Shown piece by piece: positions 41,329-49,627 of a stretch of 64,000 nt of DNA (position 1 is its first letter; the number at the start of each line of letters is the position of its first letter). This DNA comes from an uncultured Armatimonadia bacterium (lineage in GTDB: Bacteria; Armatimonadota; Zipacnadia; CAVVLO01): NCBI GenBank assembly GCA_963749155.1, contig CAVVLO010000005.1, positions 545,043 to 609,042 on the forward strand. Direction: 5' to 3'. Below the pieces are notes generated by a model that was not told where the DNA came from, did not search any database, and saw nothing but the letters and a program-made list of their open reading frames with translations. The position numbers and the translations under genes are program-made.

Positions 41329-41356
41329 AGGGGCAGGGCCGAGGCCCTGCCCCCCT
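41329..41356 (-). terminator. GC-rich hairpin immediately after the putative major pilin
   Basis: Minus strand GGGGCAGGGCC-TC-GGCCCTGCCCC followed by TTGCTCCTT, about 10 nt after the corrected stop. Confidence 0.65.
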
Positions 41357-41364
41357 CACTACGA

Positions 41365-41716
41365 TCAGAGATGCTCGGTATCGTTCTTCCAGTCGGTGAA
41401 ATGGGTCGATGCATCCACGAGGCAGTAGGTCGAATCGTCGGTGTCGAAGGTGTAGTCGACCTCGAAAGGACAGGTAGGCGAAACGTCCATGAAACCCTTC
41501 GCTCACGAGAGCAGCCAGATCCGCAGGGAAGGACTGATCTGCCATCTTGGCCTGATAGGCCTGGATGGCTGTGTTGAGGTCGCTGATGTTCTGCTTGCAA
41601 GCGGCGACCTTGCCACGGTAGACGGCGTCCATGTAACGCGGTAGCGCGATGGCTACGAGGACGGCGACCAGGATGATAACTACGAGCAACTCAACAAGCG
41701 TAAAACCCTTTTTCAT
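41365..41716 (-). CDS. pilA: Putative major type IV pilin; one frameshift near 41492-41497
   Basis: MKKG|FTLVELLVVIIL; own promoter, GGAGG RBS and terminator; corrected C-terminus EGFMDVSPTCPFEVDYTFDTDDSTYCLVDASTHFTDWKNDTEHL*. Confidence 0.78.
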
Positions 41717-41881
41717 TTGACACTCACCCTCCAAAGTTGTGTACAGCTAATGGTGGAACTTGTTTACAGCTTTTTTGCTAAGCCTGATTCTCCACATACT
41801 GGGCAGCCTGGGCGAATCAGACATTGGGGCCAGACATTAAGAGTACAACGAAACTGCTACTATCACCCCCTCGTATATATT

Positions 41882-41909
41882 AGTATACCCTTTTTCGTGA
41901 GATATGCAA
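41882..41909 (-). promoter_or_regulatory. Sigma70-type promoter of the major pilin
   Basis: Minus strand TTGCAT-16 nt-TATACT, giving a ~160-nt leader. Confidence 0.55.
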
Positions 41910-41941
41910 CCCCTCAGGGTATATTTCCATATTTCTGGGTA

Positions 41942-43144
41942 CTACTTCATTACAGACGCCAGGTTGAAGATGGGCATATAGATGGCTACGGCGATAAACG
42001 CGACAATGATACCCAGGCCTACGGTCAGCAGTGGCTCGAGCATCCCCATCAGGCTCTTTATGGTGTAGTCGATGTCCCGGTCGTAGAAGTCCGCGACTTT
42101 TCTCAGCATATGATCGAGCTGGCCTGTCTCTTCACCAGCAGACACCATATGTACGACGATGATGGGGAAGACCCCCGCCTCGCGCATCAGAGGCGCCAGG
42201 TTGCGGCCCTTGGTGACCTCGGGGATGATGCCGAGAATCGACTTCTCAATCAAGGCGTTACCACTGGTAACCGCGGCCTGCTCGAGGGCCTGGATGACAC
42301 TGATACCAGACCCAAGCATCTCGCTGAGCGTCCGGATTGCGCGAGCGACCGCAACCTTCTGGAAGAGACTACCGAAGAGAGGTATCTTCAGCATGTATTT
42401 GTCCACGATAGGTCTGCCCATATCGCTCTTGCGGAAGGCGTTGGCGCCCACAACAAGGGCCAGCAGGACCGGTATTATAATGTAGGAGTATTTCTGCGTG
42501 ACATTGCTGAGTTGCATCAGCACCATCGTCGGGAGCGGCAAGTCAGCACCGAAACCCGAATAGACGTCCTTGAAGACCGGTATGACGAAGATAAGCAGCA
42601 CGAAAAGGCAGATGACCGCCACTACCATAACGACGATGGGGTAGACCATCGCACTGGCGACCTTCTGGCGCAGTTCGATCTCCTTGTCCAGGCCTTCGGA
42701 AAGCTGATCAAGTACATTGCTAAGCATACCCGAGAGCTCGCCCGCCTCAACCATCGAGCAATAGCGGGGCGGGAAGACCTTCGGGAATTTCTTGAGCGAC
42801 TTGCCCAGGCTCGAGCCTCCCTGGATATCGGCGATGACTTCGTTGAGCACAGCGGCTAGCACTTTCGAAGTCGTCTGCTGCTGCAGAGCATTCAATGCGC
42901 CGACAACCTGGATGCCCGACTCGATCATCGCGGCGAACTGCCAGGTAAAGAGCGACAGGTCGCGCAGCTTGCAGTGGCCAGCGGTGAGCCCTGCAGATTT
43001 TTTCTCATTGGTCTGGGCAATGGTGACCGGGAATAGCCCCTGCTGCATAATGAGCTGCCTGGCGGCCTGCTGAGTCGTAGCTTTGAGGCTGCCCTTCACC
43101 AGCTCGCCTTCCGAGTTTTTTGCTGAGTAGTTAAATAGCGCCAT
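41942..43144 (-). CDS. pilC: Type IV pilus platform protein PilC (GspF family)
   Basis: FTWQFAAMIESG, MVEAGELSG, AMVYP, LPLPT, AGEETGQLDHML, LEPLL. Confidence 0.93.
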   Translation of the reverse strand: MALFNYSAKNSEGELVKGSLKATTQQAARQLIMQQGLFPVTIAQTNEKKSAGLTAGHCKLRDLSLFTWQFAAMIESGIQVVGALNALQQQTTSKVLAAVLNEVIADIQGGSSLGKSLKKFPKVFPPRYCSMVEAGELSGMLSNVLDQLSEGLDKEIELRQKVASAMVYPIVVMVVAVICLFVLLIFVIPVFKDVYSGFGADLPLPTMVLMQLSNVTQKYSYIIIPVLLALVVGANAFRKSDMGRPIVDKYMLKIPLFGSLFQKVAVARAIRTLSEMLGSGISVIQALEQAAVTSGNALIEKSILGIIPEVTKGRNLAPLMREAGVFPIIVVHMVSAGEETGQLDHMLRKVADFYDRDIDYTIKSLMGMLEPLLTVGLGIIVAFIAVAIYMPIFNLASVMK

Positions 43145-43150
43145 TGGTGT

Positions 43151-44869
43151 TTATCCCAGCTCCTGTACGACTCTGGCGGCTTCTTCGGCCGTCGTTAGAC
43201 CATCTTGTACGCGGACCAGCGCGGCGCCGCGCATCTCCATCATATTATCCTGTTCCAGCGCGCAGGTGCGGATCGCATCCGCAGGTGCGCCTTTGGTAAC
43301 TAGCTCGCGTATTCCTGAGGAGAGGGGCATTATCTCGTATAGCCCCACTCGCCCCTTGTAACCATTCTTGCACCGGTTGCAGCCCTCTCCCTTATAGAAG
43401 GAAAGTGACTGCGCCTCTTCCGGAGTGATACCAAGAGCATACAGAGCCTCCGGTGGCGGTGCGGTAAAAGATTTGCATTCGGGACAGATAACCCTGACAA
43501 GTCTCTGAGCGATGACTCCGATAACCGAGGCGGCTATGAGGAAAGGCTCTACGCCCATATCAATCAGGCGGGCCAGCGCGCTCGGGGCATCGTTGGTGTG
43601 CAGAGTGCTGAGCACCAGGTGACCAGTCAGAGCGGCGTGAACGGCTATCTCGGCGGTCTCATGGTCGCGTATCTCGCCGACCATTACGATATCGGGGTCC
43701 TGGCGCAATATAGCGCGCAGGCTGTTGGCGAAAGTGACCTTGCCCTTGTCGTAGACCTGCACCTGGTTGATCCCCATCAGGCGATACTCGACGGGATCCT
43801 CAACCGTAACGATGTTCTTCTCGACGCTGTTGATAGCCCCGAGGGCTGTATACAAGGTTGTTGTCTTACCCGAACCGGTTGGGCCTGTGACCAAAATCAT
43901 TCCCCAGGGCCTGGCCAGCAGGCGCTCGAATAATATTCGCTGGTCGGGAAGCATCCCGAGTTCGTCTACGGTTTTCTGGACGCTGCTCTGATCGAGCAGA
44001 CGCATAACGACTTTCTCGCCGTTGACTGTCAGCAAGGTGCTGACGCGCATATCGAACTGCCGGTCGCCGGCCTTCATCGTGATGCGACCGTCCTGAGGTT
44101 GGCGTCGCTCGGTGATGTTCAGCCCTGAAATGATTTTGATACGGCTCACTACCGAGCGATGCAGTCTGCGCGGGATGGTGAAGGCTTCCATCAGCACCCC
44201 ATCGATGCGGTAGCGCACTTTGGTGTAACTCTGCAAAGGCTCGATATGGATGTCGCTTGCGCCCTCTTCGATAGCGCCCGCGATGAGGGACTCTACCAGG
44301 CGGACAACCGGGCTGTCGGGAGACAGCTCTTCCTGCATACCCTCTTCATCAGTGTCTTCAGAGGTAAGACTGCCCTCTTCGCTGTCTTTGATAGCCGTGA
44401 CGGCCACGTTGAGCGGATTGAAATGCGCGTTGATGGCGTGTTGCAGCTCTACAGGATTGGCGAAATACCTGATGACCTCAAAGCCTGTCATCAGCTTGAT
44501 TTCCTGCAGAGCGCTAAGATCGTTGGGATCGCCCATCGCTATGTGCAGCACCGAGCCTTCCTTCTTGAAAGGCATCGCAGTGTGCGAGCGGATGAAAGCT
44601 TCGGTAAGGAACTCGATGCTGGCTGGTTCTATCTCGGCTTCGAGCAAGGAGACATGCGGCACATTGAGCAATTCGGCCAGCGCGGGAGAGACCTGCTCGG
44701 CGGGAGAATCCTGCAGATGGTTAAAGATGGCAATAGGCACGGGCACGTGACGAGACTGATATTCCTGGAGTGCCTGATCGAGTTCGCGTTCACTCAGTAC
44801 ACCCTGATCTACCAGAGCCCACCACTTGCTGCGCCTTCTGAATTTGGTTGCATCTGTTGTTTCAGACAT
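43151..44869 (-). CDS. pilB: Type IV pilus assembly ATPase PilB (GspE family)
   Basis: ASDIHIEP, Walker A GPTGSGKTTTLY, VEDPVEY, LRQDPDIVMVGEIRD, TGHLVLSTLHTND, Zn motif CPEC...CNRC. Confidence 0.95.
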   Translation of the reverse strand: MSETTDATKFRRRSKWWALVDQGVLSERELDQALQEYQSRHVPVPIAIFNHLQDSPAEQVSPALAELLNVPHVSLLEAEIEPASIEFLTEAFIRSHTAMPFKKEGSVLHIAMGDPNDLSALQEIKLMTGFEVIRYFANPVELQHAINAHFNPLNVAVTAIKDSEEGSLTSEDTDEEGMQEELSPDSPVVRLVESLIAGAIEEGASDIHIEPLQSYTKVRYRIDGVLMEAFTIPRRLHRSVVSRIKIISGLNITERRQPQDGRITMKAGDRQFDMRVSTLLTVNGEKVVMRLLDQSSVQKTVDELGMLPDQRILFERLLARPWGMILVTGPTGSGKTTTLYTALGAINSVEKNIVTVEDPVEYRLMGINQVQVYDKGKVTFANSLRAILRQDPDIVMVGEIRDHETAEIAVHAALTGHLVLSTLHTNDAPSALARLIDMGVEPFLIAASVIGVIAQRLVRVICPECKSFTAPPPEALYALGITPEEAQSLSFYKGEGCNRCKNGYKGRVGLYEIMPLSSGIRELVTKGAPADAIRTCALEQDNMMEMRGAALVRVQDGLTTAEEAARVVQELG

Positions 44870-44884
44870 AAGTCCTCTGCGTGC

Positions 44885-46126
44885 TCACGGGAGCTGTATG
44901 CGAAGGACACTATCAGGCTTCAATTTGTTCGGGTTGCCAAGGTTATTCGCTTTGGCGATCTTTCCAGCATCAAAATGGGAGCCATAGAACTTGCGGCTTA
45001 TCCCATACAGGGTATCTCCAGGCTTCACCTTGTACAATACTACCTCACCGGACTTGTTGGCTGTTCCGTTACTCGGCTTAACAACTACGTTGGACGGCTT
45101 GGCCGGATTGGAAACGTTTGTTGAACTTGCAGAAACAGGCTTTTTGGCTGTCGCAACTTGCACGACTGGCCTGGCTACGGGAGCTGGCCCAGTTGCAGCG
45201 GCTCCCGGCAGCGCCAGGCTCTGGCCAATCACAATTATGCTTGCATTACGTAGCCCGTTCGCCTTGGCGATCTGGGCGGCCATATGAGGGGTGCCATACA
45301 GCCTCATACTGATACGCCACAGGTTGTCGCCTTTCTGTACTGTATAGCGTCCCGAGCTTGAGACGCCAGGTTTCACAGCAACGCTGCTGCCTGCTGCTGG
45401 CTCAGGGCTGGTCTGGGCGACCACCCGAGTGGTGCGGACGCTGCTCGTGGTGAGGTTTACATTACCGGTTGGGGTCACGAGACGCACCTTATTGTCGCGC
45501 ACGCTCACTATGCGGCCATCACCGGCGGCAGTGGGGAAGCTGTCCCCGCTGCGCAAGTACATAACCTGCTTGCCGACCTTGAGCAGGCAAGCGGAGTCCG
45601 AGCCTGCCTGGGCCACTCCGAGTAGCTCGATGTCGGTCGAGGCTGGCTGCCCGGCTGCGCGCGGCGTGGAGGCCGTAGCGGTCCTGTTAACCGTAGGCTG
45701 CCCACCAGGAGAAAAAGTCAGCGGAGGGAGGACTGGCCCCATTGCACCACTACTAACCGCTCGCGAGCTGCTGCTCGAGGTGCTTGAGCGCGGCGCGGTG
45801 CTGCTTGCGGTGCGATTGCTGCTGGAGTTGGCAGGTTTCCCATATACGAATATATCGTTAGCGGGAGGCCCTGAGAGCAGTTCTTCAGGCAAGGCAGGCG
45901 GAACAGCTGCTCCCGTTGTAGTAGGCACCGCATCCGCATCAGACAAATTGACAATCACCGGCGATGGGGCCGGGCCGGCAGGGGGCACTGCAGCTACCAC
46001 CGGCTGGGTGACAGGGGCCGGGCCGGCAGGGGTACGGTCTTCCTGGAAGCTCAAGACCGTAAATACTGTCAAAATCGCCCAACCTACAAGGATTATGGCC
46101 AGTCTGTTTTTCTCAGTTACGCCCAT
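44885..46126 (-). CDS. Membrane-anchored protein with a PilP/GspC(HR)-like domain and two LysM domains
   Basis: N-terminal TM without lipobox; Pro/Ser/Thr linkers; IELLGVAQ...ACLL...YLRSGD...GRIVSV..NKVRL; LysM motifs YTVQKGDNLW.IS and YKVKPGDTLY.IS. Confidence 0.8.
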   Translation of the reverse strand: MGVTEKNRLAIILVGWAILTVFTVLSFQEDRTPAGPAPVTQPVVAAVPPAGPAPSPVIVNLSDADAVPTTTGAAVPPALPEELLSGPPANDIFVYGKPANSSSNRTASSTAPRSSTSSSSSRAVSSGAMGPVLPPLTFSPGGQPTVNRTATASTPRAAGQPASTDIELLGVAQAGSDSACLLKVGKQVMYLRSGDSFPTAAGDGRIVSVRDNKVRLVTPTGNVNLTTSSVRTTRVVAQTSPEPAAGSSVAVKPGVSSSGRYTVQKGDNLWRISMRLYGTPHMAAQIAKANGLRNASIIVIGQSLALPGAAATGPAPVARPVVQVATAKKPVSASSTNVSNPAKPSNVVVKPSNGTANKSGEVVLYKVKPGDTLYGISRKFYGSHFDAGKIAKANNLGNPNKLKPDSVLRIQLP

Positions 46127-46317
46127 TGTTATCTCCCATCCTGCTCTGGCCAGAAGGCCAGTAGTGCTTTATACCCCACTTGGAGACCAAAACCAAACTC
46201 CAGTTGCACGTGAATTACGTCTGGGGCGGTTACTTTGAAGAGGCTGCCTGAATCCGCCGATCTGGTTTTCTGTGTAGCAAGTCGGTTTGTTGTGCTTGTT
46301 ATACCCGACTATCTCCG

Positions 46318-46345
46318 ATTATAGCACCCCTGTGTGTATGCGCAA
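46318..46345 (-). promoter_or_regulatory. Promoter of the LysM-pilB-pilC operon
   Basis: Minus strand TTGCGC-16 nt-TATAAT with extended TG. Confidence 0.6.
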
Positions 46346-46706
46346 GAGGCTCCGGAACGCCAGATTGCCAGGGGGCTTTTCGTGCAATTTCGTGATAGTT
46401 GCGTAATAACAACGTGATATCGTGAGGCTTATTTTTTCACTAACCGTTGTAAACAGGCTAACTATAATAGCCTAGCCGAACCTCCGGATTTTGATGTTTC
46501 CCCTGTTATCTGTTTTGCAGAGTTTCCAAGAGAGGGTCATGCGAGGGGGGTGATTGGCACTTAGTTATCAACCTAAATATAACAAAGCGGTATAACAGCG
46601 ATAGCGCGAAGTACTGCATAGTGGCCCACAAAAATACACACAAACACGAAAATCTGCACACATAAAGCTTGCCTTTTCTCGAGCGTTTCGGTAGAGTCAT
46701 AAGGTG

Positions 46707-46955
46707 ATGAAGCATAGACTCAACATAGTACTGGACGAAGCTCTACTCGCCGAGATCGACCGTGCGACGGGGAAGGGCGAACGCAGCGACTTCCTGTCCG
46801 AGGCCGCCAGGCAGCGACTGGACAGAGAAGCTTTCATCTTGCTGGTGACTGCTTCTGCCGGGGCCTGGGCGCAAGTTGATTCTGCGCGGCCTGCCACAGA
46901 AGCAGAACTCAGGGCCTTGCTTGCTCCGCTGAGGAGGCAGCCAGATGCCCGCTGA
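46707..46955 (+). CDS. Ribbon-helix-helix (CopG-like) antitoxin, VapB-type
   Basis: RLNIVLDEALLAEID......RSDFLSEAAR RHH pattern; upstream of a PIN gene. Confidence 0.8.
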   Translation: MKHRLNIVLDEALLAEIDRATGKGERSDFLSEAARQRLDREAFILLVTASAGAWAQVDSARPATEAELRALLAPLRRQPDAR

Positions 46956-46974
46956 TGCTGCAAAAGGCGAGGGA

Positions 46975-47340
46975 ATGCGCTTTCTGCTGACTACAGAGTG
47001 CGTTTACTGGCACCTTCAAGGGCGCGAGGACGCGGTTAGACTGCTGACCGCTCTGGCTAGCGCCGGCCGACCATGCATCTCCGCGGTCTCTTTGCTCGAA
47101 CTGCAGGTCCTGGCTGCAGGCCAGTCGCCAGAGGGTACTGCCCTTATCGAGGCGCTGCACGTAATACCAGTGACCGCTGCGATTGCCGCTCGCGCCGCAG
47201 AATTGCTGCGGGAGCCTGACTGGGCTCTCGATTCAGGGCAGGCCTTAATGGTAGCAACATGTCTTGTTGAAGGACTGGTACTTGTCCACACCTGGCCTGA
47301 ACGGGTTGCAAGGGCCGGTCTGCTTGAGGTCAGTCTCTAG
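46975..47340 (+). CDS. PIN-domain (VapC-like) protein with degenerate active site
   Basis: ISAVSLLEL, VIPVTAAIAARAAEL, ALMVATCL..GLVLV follow the VapC pattern, but conserved Asp residues are replaced. Confidence 0.75.
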   Translation: MRFLLTTECVYWHLQGREDAVRLLTALASAGRPCISAVSLLELQVLAAGQSPEGTALIEALHVIPVTAAIAARAAELLREPDWALDSGQALMVATCLVEGLVLVHTWPERVARAGLLEVSL

Positions 47341-47459
47341 CTGCTTTGTGTATAACTGGCTCCCTTATATGCCATATCAAGAGTTGTTCTCTCTTTGATT
47401 AAGTATGGTCTCTCTCAGCCTGTCAGAAGGGCTTCTCCAAAAAAATTTTCAGGAATTTT

Positions 47460-49430
47460 TCAGGAACTGCTACCGGGAGGCCCAACCCTAGCTGGTTGGT
47501 TTTCGGCGCCCTTCCAGTAGACCGGGAGATGATGCTCCCGGACCAGCACTTCAGAGAGCGCCTGCGCGGCAAAATCCTGATACATCGGCAGTACCAGAAG
47601 CGCTGTTCGGAACTCCGAGAGGGCCAGATCGAAAGCCTCACTGGTCTCGGCCTTGGCCAGGTGAAGGTAGGCTCGTTGAGCAATTGTAAAACCTTCTAGC
47701 CACTCGCGGTCCCCGGCGAAGTTTGGGCTTGGCTCCAGTTGGTCCCAGGCCCGCTCAATCCGCATAACGGCGCGCTCAAGCGCAGGCCTGTCAGGCGCGA
47801 CGTTCAATTCTTCCACGGCTTTGAGCAACTCCAGGTAGCGGGGCAGAGCTTCTCCCTTCGCCTCGGTCAGAGCATATCTCGTCATCGCCTCTTCCCAGTC
47901 GCCCCCTTCATACAGGCAGTCCGCGGCTACAAAGACTCCTGGGAAATTCGTCGCGGAATATTGCAAAAAGAGCATTGCTCCCTCGAGCCCTCGGTCACGC
48001 GCTTTGCCTAGTTGCTGGGCGGTGTATTCAAGTCTGAAGGGCACAAAAGGATAAGCCTGCTCTCCCGCGATGCCGAGGGTCGTGTAGAGGAAGCCCTCCC
48101 GCTGGAAATTATCCGGGTCTACCTGGCCGTTGTAGATAGTGGTATTGTCCGCCTCGCAGCCATCCATAATTGTCAACCCGCCCGGGCCAAACTGGGCAAG
48201 GGCAAGCGCAAGGAAGTCAGCGACCAGCTTGTTCACGTCCTCCTGGGTGTAGCCCTTGCCTGGATAACCAATACTCGTGCCCGAATAGGGAAAAATCCAG
48301 GTAGGCCAGAGGGAGGCTTCGAAGCGAGCCTGGGGGCTGATATCTTTCGCAAGGTCTACAATCAACATCAACTGGTCGAAAAGTCTTTCGGCCTGATGAG
48401 CGGCGCACTCGGCGCAGAAACACCCACCCGGATCATAAAACCACACGCTATAACCATCGACAGGGCCGTAATATTCCATCTCAAGTCTCATTACCTGCCG
48501 CGCAAGCGTCCGCACCTCGGGCTGCGACCAGCACAGGGCCCAGGGGGCATAGTGACCTGTAGCGGTGAATCGCACCTCGGCAGGCAGCAGGTAAGGCTTT
48601 ATATGGGAGGGCGTAATCTGCTGATAAACTTCGAGCCCCCTGGCGCGCGCTCGCTCAAAAAAGCTTCGCATCGTCTGGTGAACCTGCTGATGACGCGCCC
48701 GCTGGGCTTCTTCATTGCCAGGATAAAGGTAAAACTCTGACCATTGCCAGAGAGAGACTCGCGAATAGCGAGCTTCCACGAGGCGATCAACATAATCGTC
48801 AATTTGGGTGGGCGAGAAGTGGTCCAGCGACAGCCCTGGATTGCAGTTATAGCTATTCATTATATATAAGGTCCGGTTTGGCATCGCCGGGCTCTGGATT
48901 TGGGGTGCCCGAGGAAGGGCGAAGGTCCAGCGTCCATCGCGCAAATCAAGACGCCTGAGGAGATCGCCCAGGGCATAGGAAAGGCCCAGAAAGGCTCGCG
49001 GAGATGAGCCTTCTCCAAGCCCCGCTGCAAGAGCAACCTGATGGTTGGCGCTGCCCCAGGGGGCAAGCGTGGCCAGCACATAGGACTGGTTTGCCGTATC
49101 TTCAGAGGCCGGGACGGCCCCGAGAGGCAGTTTTTCAAGCTGGGTAGCCAGAGCTTGGCGGTTGCCAATCAGCAGGCAAGGCCCAGCAGGGGGCTCGCCT
49201 CCCCAGGCAAGTCGCGGCTCGAGTCCAGAGAGGCGCTTTACTTCGGAGGCGAAGCGGCTTGCGGCCAGCAGTTCTGCTTCAGAGGGTAAAGCTGGACCGA
49301 GAATCGTCAGGCCATCGGCAGCCAGTTGCCGCTCCAGCACTGCGAAAGCTGGGCCCCTGGCCAGAAGAAGGCAGGCAACTAGCAGGAAAAGGCAGGCAGG
49401 AAAGGCTCGAAGAGCCTGGACTAGCGGCAA
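47460..49430 (-). CDS. Secreted hypothetical protein, putative glycoside hydrolase (GH20/GH67-type N-domain plus TIM barrel)
   Basis: Signal peptide; SYVL...GLSYALGDLLRRL...P.MPNR N-domain pattern; CWSQP, YDPGGCFCAEC. Confidence 0.55.
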   Translation of the reverse strand: MPLVQALRAFPACLFLLVACLLLARGPAFAVLERQLAADGLTILGPALPSEAELLAASRFASEVKRLSGLEPRLAWGGEPPAGPCLLIGNRQALATQLEKLPLGAVPASEDTANQSYVLATLAPWGSANHQVALAAGLGEGSSPRAFLGLSYALGDLLRRLDLRDGRWTFALPRAPQIQSPAMPNRTLYIMNSYNCNPGLSLDHFSPTQIDDYVDRLVEARYSRVSLWQWSEFYLYPGNEEAQRARHQQVHQTMRSFFERARARGLEVYQQITPSHIKPYLLPAEVRFTATGHYAPWALCWSQPEVRTLARQVMRLEMEYYGPVDGYSVWFYDPGGCFCAECAAHQAERLFDQLMLIVDLAKDISPQARFEASLWPTWIFPYSGTSIGYPGKGYTQEDVNKLVADFLALALAQFGPGGLTIMDGCEADNTTIYNGQVDPDNFQREGFLYTTLGIAGEQAYPFVPFRLEYTAQQLGKARDRGLEGAMLFLQYSATNFPGVFVAADCLYEGGDWEEAMTRYALTEAKGEALPRYLELLKAVEELNVAPDRPALERAVMRIERAWDQLEPSPNFAGDREWLEGFTIAQRAYLHLAKAETSEAFDLALSEFRTALLVLPMYQDFAAQALSEVLVREHHLPVYWKGAENQPARVGPPGSSS

Positions 49431-49627
49431 AAGGACTCCCTCCTGAAGGCGACAAAGGCGCCTGGCAAGCTCGCGCTGAGGCCTAGTTCGCCCTCTGGAA
49501 GAGGATTCCGCCTGCTTGCCAGGGCTTGTATAAGGGGCGCGAGTTGCCCCCTCGTTGCCTTTGGCCTCGCGGCTTGCTCGTGTATAATCTGGCAGTCTGA
49601 GGCTCCAAAGGAGTTGAATCTGCAGCT

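Noticed and set aside
35186..41500. Phase variation or programmed frameshifting as the cause of split pilus genes
   Set aside because: The runs are only 2-4 nt, there are several per gene, and the same +1 pattern occurs in unrelated genes. No long SSRs or slippery heptamers are present.
40300..41716. Silent pilS-like antigenic-variation cassettes or DGR targets
   Set aside because: Each pilin has its own start and class III signal peptide; DNA identity is eroded at synonymous sites; no reverse transcriptase, template repeat or recombinase is in the window.
41365..41716. Electrically conductive pilin (corrected mature pilin has 12 F/Y/W in 112 aa)
   Set aside because: Aromatics at positions 1, 24 and 50 but not 27 or 32/57; no cytochromes nearby; the sequence criterion is itself weak.
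41717..41880. c-di-GMP riboswitch in the pilin leader (also checked in the 46127-46310 leader)
   Set aside because: No recognisable class I or class II consensus by eye; an Rfam scan would be needed to exclude it formally.
46539..46665. Small ORFs around the GAGGGGGGTGAT SD-like motif
   Set aside because: Only very short peptides, or a 42-aa frame needing an assumed indel; no supporting features.
47446..47466. Tandem TTTTCAGGAA duplication at the 3' end of the 47460 gene
   Set aside because: Two short copies only, with no spacer structure or associated element.
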